Positions 49,321 through 57,590 of a stretch of DNA of 64,000 nt are shown here, in pieces. Origin of the DNA: an uncultured Gammaproteobacteria bacterium. GTDB taxonomy: Bacteria > Patescibacteriota > Patescibacteriia > Buchananbacterales > UBA6539. Below the pieces are notes generated by a model. It searched no databases. It was not told the origin of the DNA and saw nothing but the letters and a program-made list of their open reading frames with translations. Location: contig CAZINP010000002.1 of assembly GCA_964540635.1 (NCBI GenBank), positions 99,346 through 163,345 on the forward strand. The letters are read 5' to 3'. A program made the position numbers and the translations under genes. Position 1 is the stretch's first letter. Each line of letters starts with the position of its first letter.

Positions 49321-49575
49321 TTACTCCCCCTCAATTTCAAGTAATTTCCAAGTATTGGTTTTGGCATTTTTAATTTCAATTTCAGCATTTACGGCAATCG
49401 TGTTTGATGACAATAAAGCAAGGTTAAATTTAAGATTTTCCGGATTGATTTCAGCACCATGCTCAATAACAGAGCCAAGCTCCAAAACGATTTTTGTTAC
49501 TTTTTTTAATTTGTTTTCTTTGGCCTTTTCTAAAACAAGTTTTAAAATAAGGTCAGCGGCATGTAGATCGTGCAT
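49321..49575 (-). CDS. hypA: HypA-like hydrogenase nickel-incorporation protein lacking the zinc-finger domain
   Basis: MHDLHAADLILKLVLE...KVTKIVLELGSV...ENLKFNLALLS resembles the HypA N-domain (MHE Ni site); 84 aa, no Cys. Confidence 0.5.
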   Translation of the reverse strand: MHDLHAADLILKLVLEKAKENKLKKVTKIVLELGSVIEHGAEINPENLKFNLALLSSNTIAVNAEIEIKNAKTNTWKLLEIEGE

Positions 49576-50825
49576 TACTTTGCATTTTTAATTATTCTAA
49601 CTTTTTCTATTTTCTTTGGTGTTGCCTTTTCAATAACGGCAACGTAACCATTGAACTCGATTATTTCTCCCGGCTTAGGGATGCGGCCAATTTTTTCCAA
49701 AATTACAACTGAGATCAATTCTTGAGGTTTAGCCTTAATGTCAATGTTTATAAAATTCATTATTTCTTTTACTTCCGTATCAGCATCAACCAAAATTGTA
49801 TTTTTATCCAAACGTTTAATCATAAACTCATTCACATCGCTTTCATCCATTATTTGCCCAACCAGCTCCTCCAATAAGTCTTCCAAGGTTACGACACCGG
49901 ATGTTAAACCTTGTTCATCCAAAACAACTGCCATATGGATTCTTTGGCGCTGGAAATCCTTAAAAATATCATCCAACTTTCTTTGTTCCGGCACAAAATA
50001 GGCTTTATGCGAAATTACACGCAAACTTTGGTCAACCTTATTCTCATAAATAGCCTTAACAATATCAGACAGAAAAACGACGCCTGTAATATTGTCAATT
50101 GATTTGTCATAAATCGGCACGCGCGTAAATTTTTGATCCAAAAGCAACGGTATTGCGTCTTTAATTTTCAGTTCGGCCTTTAGACCAAAAATTCTTGATC
50201 TAACCGTCATCACATCATCAGCGGAAATATCTTTAAATTCCAAAACTCGCTTAATCATTTCCTTCTCTTTGTGCTCAACCACTCCTTCTTCAACGCCAAT
50301 TTCAGCTAACGAATAAAGCTCTTCTTCGCTGACTGTTGGCTCTTTCCTTGATGAGCTAAATAAACCTATAAAAATCTTATTAAGTTTTTCCAATATGCTT
50401 ACAACGGGGTAAAGAATAATATTTAAAGCATAAATTACAGGTATTACCACTAAAGCAACTTTTTCGATTTTTGTCTGAGCAAAACTCTTGGGAACAATTT
50501 CGCCAAAAATCAAGATGGCTAAAGTAATTACAAAAACCGCCAAGGCCGGACCAAGACTGCCAAGATATTGATACGCCAAAATTGAAGCCATTGATGAAGC
50601 GACTATATTAACGATATTGTTACCGATGAGCAATGTTATTAAAAGACGCTGAGGTTGAGCCTTAAGCTTTGCCAACATCTTGCCGTTGGCGCTTTTTTTC
50701 TCCAACACCTTAAGCTTAGCCGGCGGCAAGGAAAAAATAGCGCTTTCGGAGGCGGAAAAAAATCCAGAAAGGCAAACTAAAATTATTAAGATTATTATTT
50801 GTTCTAACATATTAATGAGTGGCAC
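49575..50825 (-). CDS. CNNM/HlyC/CorC family transporter (DUF21-CBS pair-CorC_HlyC)
   Basis: 4 TM N-domain, CBS pair, C-terminal transporter-associated domain; tracked start is GTG, ATG at 50810. Confidence 0.75.
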   Translation of the reverse strand: MPLINMLEQIIILIILVCLSGFFSASESAIFSLPPAKLKVLEKKSANGKMLAKLKAQPQRLLITLLIGNNIVNIVASSMASILAYQYLGSLGPALAVFVITLAILIFGEIVPKSFAQTKIEKVALVVIPVIYALNIILYPVVSILEKLNKIFIGLFSSSRKEPTVSEEELYSLAEIGVEEGVVEHKEKEMIKRVLEFKDISADDVMTVRSRIFGLKAELKIKDAIPLLLDQKFTRVPIYDKSIDNITGVVFLSDIVKAIYENKVDQSLRVISHKAYFVPEQRKLDDIFKDFQRQRIHMAVVLDEQGLTSGVVTLEDLLEELVGQIMDESDVNEFMIKRLDKNTILVDADTEVKEIMNFINIDIKAKPQELISVVILEKIGRIPKPGEIIEFNGYVAVIEKATPKKIEKVRIIKNAK

Positions 50826-52098
50826 AAGAAATACATGGATCGTAGGCGCGAATTAATGTTTTAATTTTTGCGTGTAATTTTTCCTGGGGTAAATTTTTCA
50901 AGTCGGGAATATATATTTTCAAATCGTTTTCAATGTTATTTAAAAATTGTACCGTCGGTGTAATAATATCGGCTTTAATCACTTGACCGTTTTCATCAAT
51001 TCTTAACATATCAAATAAAATTCCTCTTGGCGCTTCCATGACCGAATACCCGGTTGTTACTTTATTTTTTGGATTACCGGCAGCGATTATATTTAATTTT
51101 TTATTCAAGCTTTCTTCAAATTTTATTGTCTTAATCAAATCTTTAAGGAGAATACCGGCGGTTTCCGTGGCGTGAATTAACTCAATTGCCTGGGCCAAAA
51201 TATTGTAAAACGTATTATTAATCGGAAATTCCAGCTTTATATCTCTTACAACCCTTAAAGCTTGGGGCGATAAGTTATTGTGATTAATGTTTAACCTTGC
51301 CAAAGCGCCAACCATAAAACTTTTCCCCTTAAAGTTTGCCCTTTTGGCAGCTTGCGCTAAAAGCTCATACTCGTCAATAACCTTGGAATAATTTGCGGGG
51401 GTTACTATCTTATTGCTTGAAAATTTTATATCTCCGTCATAAATGGCATACTCCTTTTTATGGTAAAGACAAGCATATTCCTGCTTTCGATAAAAATCAG
51501 GAATTGGCATCTTTAAGGCAAAAACCATTAAATCAAAGGCTGCTTCCATCGCCTCTTCCCAGGTCGACAAGAGTTCCTCAAGTTGCCTTTTTTGAGGCAA
51601 AACTTTAAACCCGCCGACTTCACATGCAATCGGGTGAATAGCGCGGCCGGCAATGGTATCCAAAATTTTTAAGGCAAAAGATCGGCTTGTAATTGCTGAT
51701 TGAGCCTGGGTCGGATGTTTTTTTATAAACTCCAAATCATCCTTAACACCATAAAAATCCGGCATTGAAAGAAAATACATGTGCAGGGCGTGACTGTGAA
51801 TAATCTGAGAAATTTCCATCAGCTTTCTAAGTTTAATTGTCTGCTCGCTTACTTTGAGATCAAAAGCATTTTCAATACATTTAATTGTATTTAATGAATG
51901 AACCACCGGACAAATTCCGCAAATTCTGGAAGTAATTATTGGTACATCATAAAATTTTCGGCCGACTAAAATACCTTCGATAAGCCTCACGCCCTCGGTT
52001 GTTTTAATGCGAGCCTCGGCGACATTACCATCCATTATATCGCCCACAAAATCGGCATGGCCCTCCATCTTAGCTAAATGATTTATAACTATTTTCAT
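50812..52098 (-). CDS. hydA: [NiFe] hydrogenase large subunit, group 3b-like (sulfhydrogenase alpha)
   Basis: N-terminal RICGICPVVH (RxCGxCxxxH) and C-terminal DPCISCATH (DPCxxCxxH); 428 aa; no C-terminal extension after the His. Confidence 0.85.
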   Translation of the reverse strand: MKIVINHLAKMEGHADFVGDIMDGNVAEARIKTTEGVRLIEGILVGRKFYDVPIITSRICGICPVVHSLNTIKCIENAFDLKVSEQTIKLRKLMEISQIIHSHALHMYFLSMPDFYGVKDDLEFIKKHPTQAQSAITSRSFALKILDTIAGRAIHPIACEVGGFKVLPQKRQLEELLSTWEEAMEAAFDLMVFALKMPIPDFYRKQEYACLYHKKEYAIYDGDIKFSSNKIVTPANYSKVIDEYELLAQAAKRANFKGKSFMVGALARLNINHNNLSPQALRVVRDIKLEFPINNTFYNILAQAIELIHATETAGILLKDLIKTIKFEESLNKKLNIIAAGNPKNKVTTGYSVMEAPRGILFDMLRIDENGQVIKADIITPTVQFLNNIENDLKIYIPDLKNLPQEKLHAKIKTLIRAYDPCISCATH

Positions 52099-52102
52099 AA
52101 GT

Positions 52103-52939
52103 TTATTTTTTTATTGCCAGACTTTTTGGCTTTTGTTGTGAACGCCATTCTTTTTCGGCCTGTAAAACCCAATCATCTTTTACGCCAAAAACTTCTAAAA
52201 CTTTTTTTATCTCAGCTGACGAATGATTATTTATAAAACAATTATTTACAAATTTATCAACGTCCGGCTCTTCCAAAAGGCCGCGACAACCCCAACATGC
52301 TTGCTTTGAATTACAGCAAACCGCATTACACCCACCCAAAGTTATTGGACCGCAACAAAGTTCGCCTTTTTGCAATAAACATTCATTGCCGTTGATTTGA
52401 CACTCCAAGCAAACCGGATTTTGAGGAATCCCCGGTTTTTTACCCGCTAAAATTTGCAAAAGAATATTTAAAAATTCTTCACCATTGATTGGACAGGTTG
52501 GAATTGTAAAATCAACTTTTACGATGTCCTTGATTGGCAAGATATCAAGATTGTCCAATAGTTCACCGTGCTCATAAACGCTACCAAGAGCTTTATAGCG
52601 ACCGATCCAGTTTTTCATTCTATGAACCCCGCCGGTATGAGCGCAATTACCCAAAACAATCAACATTTTTGAAACCTTTCTTAATTCCTTAAGTGCTTTT
52701 AGATTATTTTTGGTAACAGCCGATCCTTCAATAAAGCATATGTCATAAGGGCCAATTGTTTCCGGGTCTTCCTTGGCAAAACGCCAATGAACCAAGTCAA
52801 TGCGTTTAGCTAATTTTAAAAATTTTTCGCCCAAATCTAAAATGGCAAACTCACAACCCTCGCAGCAAGTTAGGCCAACTATGGCAACTCTTGGCTTTTT
52901 GTTTTTTTGAATATTTTTTTTCATATTTTTACTTGACAC
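52103..52939 (-). CDS. hydD: [NiFe] hydrogenase small subunit (delta)
   Basis: VAIVGLTCCEGCE proximal-cluster Cys motif; multiple distal Cys. Confidence 0.8.
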   Translation of the reverse strand: MSSKNMKKNIQKNKKPRVAIVGLTCCEGCEFAILDLGEKFLKLAKRIDLVHWRFAKEDPETIGPYDICFIEGSAVTKNNLKALKELRKVSKMLIVLGNCAHTGGVHRMKNWIGRYKALGSVYEHGELLDNLDILPIKDIVKVDFTIPTCPINGEEFLNILLQILAGKKPGIPQNPVCLECQINGNECLLQKGELCCGPITLGGCNAVCCNSKQACWGCRGLLEEPDVDKFVNNCFINNHSSAEIKKVLEVFGVKDDWVLQAEKEWRSQQKPKSLAIKK

Positions 52940-53005
52940 AAATCTGCATTAAGAGCAAAATTTAAACAAATTGGGATAAGGAAAAAACCGAAAGGGACAG
53001 AAAAA

Positions 53006-53560
53006 ATGTACAAACACATCCCGAATATAATCACCGCCACGAGGTTGATTGCATCTCTGCCGCTGGCGGCTATAGCCTTTGTCGCCAACAAGTCCCCGCA
53101 AATCCACCTGGCAATTACCCTGGCCGTAATTCTTCTGACGATTTCGGATACGCTAGATGGCCAACTTGCCCGGAGGTGGAAGTGCACTTCCAAATTTGGG
53201 GAAAAATGGGATCCGATTGCCGACAAATTGGCGATCACACTTTTTATCCCATTGGTCTTTTTTAAAATGATCGGAATCTTTCCGGTTATCATCATCGTTT
53301 TACGCGATGCCCTTTCCTCAATCCTGAGACTAGCTGTAAATCAAGCAGTGCCGGCCAGGCTCTCAGGTAAAATCAAAACGGTTGTCAATCTAAGCTTCAT
53401 GTGCTTACTGTTTGCGGCCATTCCGGTTGAAAACGGATACCTGGAGCGGCTGTCAAAATTGCAACCAAATCTTTACTGGATTTCAGGCATATCAATCTCT
53501 GTTGTTTGCCTCTGGTCCGGTTGGGATTACATCAAAGCTCTTTGCTTAAACCAGAAATGA
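53006..53560 (+). CDS. CDP-alcohol phosphatidyltransferase family protein
   Basis: D-x2-DG-x2-AR...G-x3-D-x3-D signature (DTLDGQLAR...GEKWDPIADKL). Confidence 0.7.
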   Translation: MYKHIPNIITATRLIASLPLAAIAFVANKSPQIHLAITLAVILLTISDTLDGQLARRWKCTSKFGEKWDPIADKLAITLFIPLVFFKMIGIFPVIIIVLRDALSSILRLAVNQAVPARLSGKIKTVVNLSFMCLLFAAIPVENGYLERLSKLQPNLYWISGISISVVCLWSGWDYIKALCLNQK

Positions 53561-53577
53561 CACTGTCATTTCTTTTT

Positions 53578-54369
53578 TTAATTCAAAAGCGATAAATTAT
53601 AACGCGTCCATTTTTCCAAATTATCAACTTGTTTTTTCTCAAGTTTATCGCAAACCCAACCCCAGTGAATTGAAACCCAATCCCCAACCTTTAAATCTTT
53701 GATAAACGACTTATTCTTAATTTCCAGCCAAACACTTTTTTTCTGTCCTTGATTTAAAATAACTTTATCTAAAACTACGGACAACGAAGGCGAAATAACT
53801 TCGATTTTTTTCGTAAAATTTATTGTCTCTTTATCGCCTGAAAAAATATCTTCGGGCAAACTGACGATTTTACCCCAACCGATTCTGCATTCATCCATGG
53901 TTTTTAGGGTATGTTCAATCGGGTAATGACCGGTGCGCTTGGGTATATTAAAAACATGAAAACTGTGATGCGGTTTGGCGCCAAGGGGAATTTTTCCAAA
54001 AACTTTTTCCAATTGAGCCGGTTTTAATTTTTTCTTTAAGTGCTGGGCGTCAACCAAATAACGATAGAAATTATTCATGGAAATATTTTCCAAAAGCTCA
54101 TTGCCCAACCAATAAGCCTCAACCACCCTATAATCAAAAGGATCAACAATCTTATTGGCTTCGGCAATCAATCGCAAATAAGGATACATCGTTTCAAACT
54201 CAACCAACATTTCTTTTAATCCGTCATCACTTACGCCTTGGGCCGCATATTCAAACAGTTCGGCATTGCTATCTCCGCCGCAATAACGAAGCCGATTGGG
54301 CATAAAAGCGTATCGCGCGGCCAATAAAGCACCGTCCGCTTGACCAACCATATCTGTTTCAAAAGACAT
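53578..54369 (-). CDS. Fusion protein: unknown about 160-aa N-domain plus a C-terminal HypC/HupF-like OB domain
   Basis: C-terminus ...DECRIGWGKIVSL...KVGDWVSIHWGWV parallels the HypC MC(L/I)xIP and GD(W/Y)VLVHVGFA cores. Confidence 0.45.
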   Translation of the reverse strand: MSFETDMVGQADGALLAARYAFMPNRLRYCGGDSNAELFEYAAQGVSDDGLKEMLVEFETMYPYLRLIAEANKIVDPFDYRVVEAYWLGNELLENISMNNFYRYLVDAQHLKKKLKPAQLEKVFGKIPLGAKPHHSFHVFNIPKRTGHYPIEHTLKTMDECRIGWGKIVSLPEDIFSGDKETINFTKKIEVISPSLSVVLDKVILNQGQKKSVWLEIKNKSFIKDLKVGDWVSIHWGWVCDKLEKKQVDNLEKWTRYNLSLLN

Positions 54370-54377
54370 ATATTAAA

Positions 54378-55280
54378 CTAAATACTATTTTCAGACTTTT
54401 TATCCTTATATTGAGAAGCAAAAATAAATACCAATAGGCAGGAAACGATAATAATTAGCCCATAAAATTTTTCAAGGGATAAAATTTTATGACTCACAAA
54501 AACCGAATTCAAAATTGTGGTAATCGGTGAAGCCAAGACCAAAATGCTAGAGACAACGTTTGCCGGTAATTTTTTTAAAGCCGAATACCAAGTTATAATA
54601 TAACCCATCAAAAATAATGAGACCAATAAAAGCCAAGGCATTTGCTGTAAATTTAAATTAAAGGTCCCAGCAATATTATTTGTTGCCGCTAAAAATACAA
54701 TAATAAAACATGAACCAAAAAACATTCTTGCCCAAGCTAAAATTAACGGATCAATTGTTTGTAACATTTTTTTTGCCAAAATTGTTTCTATTGCCCAAAA
54801 TAAAGTTGCAAACAAAATTAAAGTTTCTCCCATCCCCCAGCTCAAACCTTTAAAACTTTCAAAAATTATATTACCTAAAAGCAGGACGCCCAAAGCTATA
54901 AATTGTAACCCGGAAATTTTTTCTTTTAATAAGGGCAAAGCTAAAAGTGCCACCCAAACAAATAAAGTTTTATGAATAAAAGAAGCAGAGACAGCCGAAG
55001 TTAGGCTTAAGCCTTTAAAAAAAAGTAAAAAAGGGATACCGCCGCCAACTAAACCAATGAGCAACAATTTGAACCAATCAGAATAACTCATTTTTTTTAA
55101 TTTTGGCAAAACCATCAACCCCACAATTACAACCGATATGATTATGGCAACAAGTCCGTTCTTTAAAAATGTGTACTGAAACGCATCCTTGCCCAAAGCC
55201 TGCATCGCAAACTTATTAAAAAAGTTGGCCAGGCCGGAAATCAACGTCGTAATTAAAACTAGATAAATTCCTTTTTTCAT
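54378..55280 (-). CDS. DMT superfamily (EamA) transporter
   Basis: 10 TM, two EamA repeats. Confidence 0.7.
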   Translation of the reverse strand: MKKGIYLVLITTLISGLANFFNKFAMQALGKDAFQYTFLKNGLVAIIISVVIVGLMVLPKLKKMSYSDWFKLLLIGLVGGGIPFLLFFKGLSLTSAVSASFIHKTLFVWVALLALPLLKEKISGLQFIALGVLLLGNIIFESFKGLSWGMGETLILFATLFWAIETILAKKMLQTIDPLILAWARMFFGSCFIIVFLAATNNIAGTFNLNLQQMPWLLLVSLFLMGYIITWYSALKKLPANVVSSILVLASPITTILNSVFVSHKILSLEKFYGLIIIVSCLLVFIFASQYKDKKSENSI

Positions 55281-55285
55281 CCCGT

Positions 55286-55486
55286 TTAAGAATTATTTAA
55301 TAAATTACTTATTTCCCTTGCTTCTTTGGCAGAAATTTTAGAAATTGCCAAATTAGCATTAACTAAAACCCAATCGCCCACCTTGGCATTTTTAATCAGA
55401 GAAACATTGACTTCGCGCTTATCGCTTAATTTTGCCAGATTATCTTGACATATTTTTTCAATTTTTAAAGGCACTGTCAGGCACAT
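55286..55486 (-). CDS. hypC: Hydrogenase maturation factor HypC/HybG/HupF
   Basis: Begins MCLTVPLKI; KVGDWVLVNANLAI core; 66 aa. Confidence 0.8.
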   Translation of the reverse strand: MCLTVPLKIEKICQDNLAKLSDKREVNVSLIKNAKVGDWVLVNANLAISKISAKEAREISNLLNNS

Positions 55487-55489
55487 ATA

Positions 55490-55792
55490 TTATTTTTTGG
55501 CTTTTAGAAATTGATTTTGAACAATAATTAGAAAATTAAAGAAAACAACAATCATAATAAATACAGCAGCCACACCTAAAATTCCGGCAAAACCAGAAGC
55601 TAACAGGTCATTTTGCAATCCAGGTATTGCGTATTCACTAAACAAACCCGGCAAGTAATTATTTGCCTGACCAATAAAACCAAGTTTTTCGGCAACATAT
55701 TCTAAGCCATCAGGAAAAGATGAGGCAAAAAGAGAAATAAAGCCGGCGCTAAAAACGCTAAAAATAAGAATTACACTATTTCGTCGATTCAT
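55490..55792 (-). CDS. PDGLE-domain small membrane protein (Ni/Co ECF transporter accessory)
   Basis: SSFPDGLEYVAEKLGF motif; 2 TM. Confidence 0.6.
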   Translation of the reverse strand: MNRRNSVILIFSVFSAGFISLFASSFPDGLEYVAEKLGFIGQANNYLPGLFSEYAIPGLQNDLLASGFAGILGVAAVFIMIVVFFNFLIIVQNQFLKAKK

Positions 55793-56480
55793 AAAATAAA
55801 AATTTAACAGCTAAAATTGTTACGATTGCTTCGCCTAAACCAATAAGCATGTGTACCTTAAACATTGCCGGTAAAACCAAATTCAAACCGATTGTTTTTG
55901 ATAAAGCCAACTCAAGCGAGCACGCTGTCGCCGCCAGAACCACCGAAACCCATGATGACACAGCAATGGCAAAATATGTCTTACCCGTTTTGCGTTTGAT
56001 TAACTGATAAATATAATTTCCAGCGAAAACGCCCACCACTCCCATATTAAAAATATTTGCCCCCAAGGCCAAAATTCCGCCATCGGAGAATACAAAAGCT
56101 TGAACCAAAAGCACTGATGCAATTGCTAAAATTCCGTTCCAAGGTCCCAAAACAACAGCCGCCAAAACCGCACCCAAAAAATGTCCGGATGTTCCGTTTT
56201 GTACCGGAAAATTTAACATCTGCATCGCAAAAATAAAGGCAGCAACTAAAGCCATCTGTTCAACTTTTTTATTCAACCCGGTTTTTGGCAAAAAACCATT
56301 TAAGCTAGAATCTGAGGCAATCTTTTCTCCGGTATTTGTTTGCAACTGAAATACTGGCAATCTTACTTTGCTAAAATTTTCCTTCATAAAGTTGCCTAAA
56401 GAATTAGCCAAAAATGATGCGGACACCGACAGCAAAATAATACTTGATTGGTTTGATAGAAATTGATCGGGTAAATGCAT
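55776..56480 (-). CDS. ECF transporter substrate-capture component NikM/CbiM
   Basis: Starts MHLPDQFLS (CbiM N-terminal MH(I/L) motif), 5-6 TM. Confidence 0.75.
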   Translation of the reverse strand: MHLPDQFLSNQSSIILLSVSASFLANSLGNFMKENFSKVRLPVFQLQTNTGEKIASDSSLNGFLPKTGLNKKVEQMALVAAFIFAMQMLNFPVQNGTSGHFLGAVLAAVVLGPWNGILAIASVLLVQAFVFSDGGILALGANIFNMGVVGVFAGNYIYQLIKRKTGKTYFAIAVSSWVSVVLAATACSLELALSKTIGLNLVLPAMFKVHMLIGLGEAIVTILAVKFLFYESTK

Positions 56481-56483
56481 AAA

Positions 56484-56628
56484 ATTATCTAAGTCGTTTA
56501 TAGATCATGGCAATACCCAGGCCCAATAAAAACGCGGCAAAAACCACATCCCATTGAAAACCAGAGATGATACCAAACGCTTTTAAAAGCATTGCCGATC
56601 CAACGACAACTAAAATAACGCCAAAGGT
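56484..56628 (-). CDS. 48-aa two-TM micro-protein (MTFGVILVVVGSAMLLKAFGIISGFQWDVVFAAFLLGLGIAMIYKRLR), stop 4 nt before the nikM ATG
   Basis: Hand-translated; fills the hydG-nikM gap in the operon orientation. Confidence 0.3.
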
Positions 56629-56646
56629 CATATTTGGAATGAATTT

Positions 56647-56739
56647 TTATGAATTATTTCTTTTTTTTGGCCACTTTTTTGGCTTTTGGCTTGGCGGCTT
56701 TTTTCTTGGTTGAGCCGCAGCAGCATGAACAGCAAGGCA
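56647..56739 (-). CDS. 30-aa Cys-rich micro-ORF MPCCSCCCGSTKKKPPSQKPKKWPKKRNNS
   Basis: Hand-translated from the minus strand 31 nt after the hydG stop; 6 Cys in the first 8 residues, basic tail. Confidence 0.3.
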   Translation of the reverse strand, partial: CLAVHAAAAQPRKKPPSQKPKKWPKKRNNS

Positions 56740-56770
56740 TAATTTATCTTTAAATTAATAATTAATTAAA

Positions 56771-57589
56771 TTAAACCGCATTAGGTATATCCTTAATTTG
56801 ATCCCAAGAAAAAACTGGACCATCCTTGCAGACATAATAAGGACCAATGGCGCAATGCTGACAAACACCAATGCCACAATACATTTTTCTTTCTAGTGAA
56901 ACTAAAATATCAGAATCCTTCATCCCCTTTTTCTTTAGATTTTCAATAACCGGTCTATACATTGCCGGCGGGCCAACAATTAAAGCAACAGTATTAGCAA
57001 AATCTTGTTTCTCGTTAAACAAAACCGTAACGACACCCGACGGACCCCTCCAGCCCTTACTTGGCTTTGCCAAAACTACGTCCAGGCCGACTTTCTTTTT
57101 CCACTGCCCATATTCTCTTTGGAAAAGCATATTATGCTCATCCTGGCAGCCATAAAAAACATCAACCTTTTTTGCCCCCAATTTGCCCTTTAAAAAATCC
57201 AGCACGATTGATCGCATAACAATAAAACCGCTGCCACCGCCGATAAGCAAAAGGTCTTTTTCTTTATAAATCTTTTCCGGCAAGCCATTGCCGAATGGCC
57301 CGCGGATCGTAACAATATCGCCAGCCTTTGCCTCAAAAAATTTTGCCGTGAGGACGCCAACTTTTCTTATCGCCAAATCAAATGTTTTTAAGTCGCTGGC
57401 GCTAGAACAAATATCAAACGCTGCTTCGCCGAAATTAAGAAAACCGGCCATTAAAAATTGTCCGTGATCAAATTTAAAACTTTTTCTTACTTTTTTGTCA
57501 ACAAATTCAAAAGTAAAAAGTTTTATGTCGTCGGTTTGCTCAACAATTTTTTTTATTTTAGCTAGCTGTGGCAAATAGGGATTAAACAT
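56771..57589 (-). CDS. hydG: Sulfhydrogenase gamma-like subunit (FAD/NAD(P)-binding, 2Fe-2S)
   Basis: C-terminal CGIGVCQHCAIGPYYVCKDGP cluster motif; ferredoxin-NADP reductase-like fold. Confidence 0.8.
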   Translation of the reverse strand: MFNPYLPQLAKIKKIVEQTDDIKLFTFEFVDKKVRKSFKFDHGQFLMAGFLNFGEAAFDICSSASDLKTFDLAIRKVGVLTAKFFEAKAGDIVTIRGPFGNGLPEKIYKEKDLLLIGGGSGFIVMRSIVLDFLKGKLGAKKVDVFYGCQDEHNMLFQREYGQWKKKVGLDVVLAKPSKGWRGPSGVVTVLFNEKQDFANTVALIVGPPAMYRPVIENLKKKGMKDSDILVSLERKMYCGIGVCQHCAIGPYYVCKDGPVFSWDQIKDIPNAV

Positions 57590-57590
57590 T

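Noticed and set aside
52921-53295. 124-aa minus-strand ORF
   Set aside because: It is entirely antisense to the well-supported CDP-alcohol phosphatidyltransferase gene, so it is a shadow ORF.
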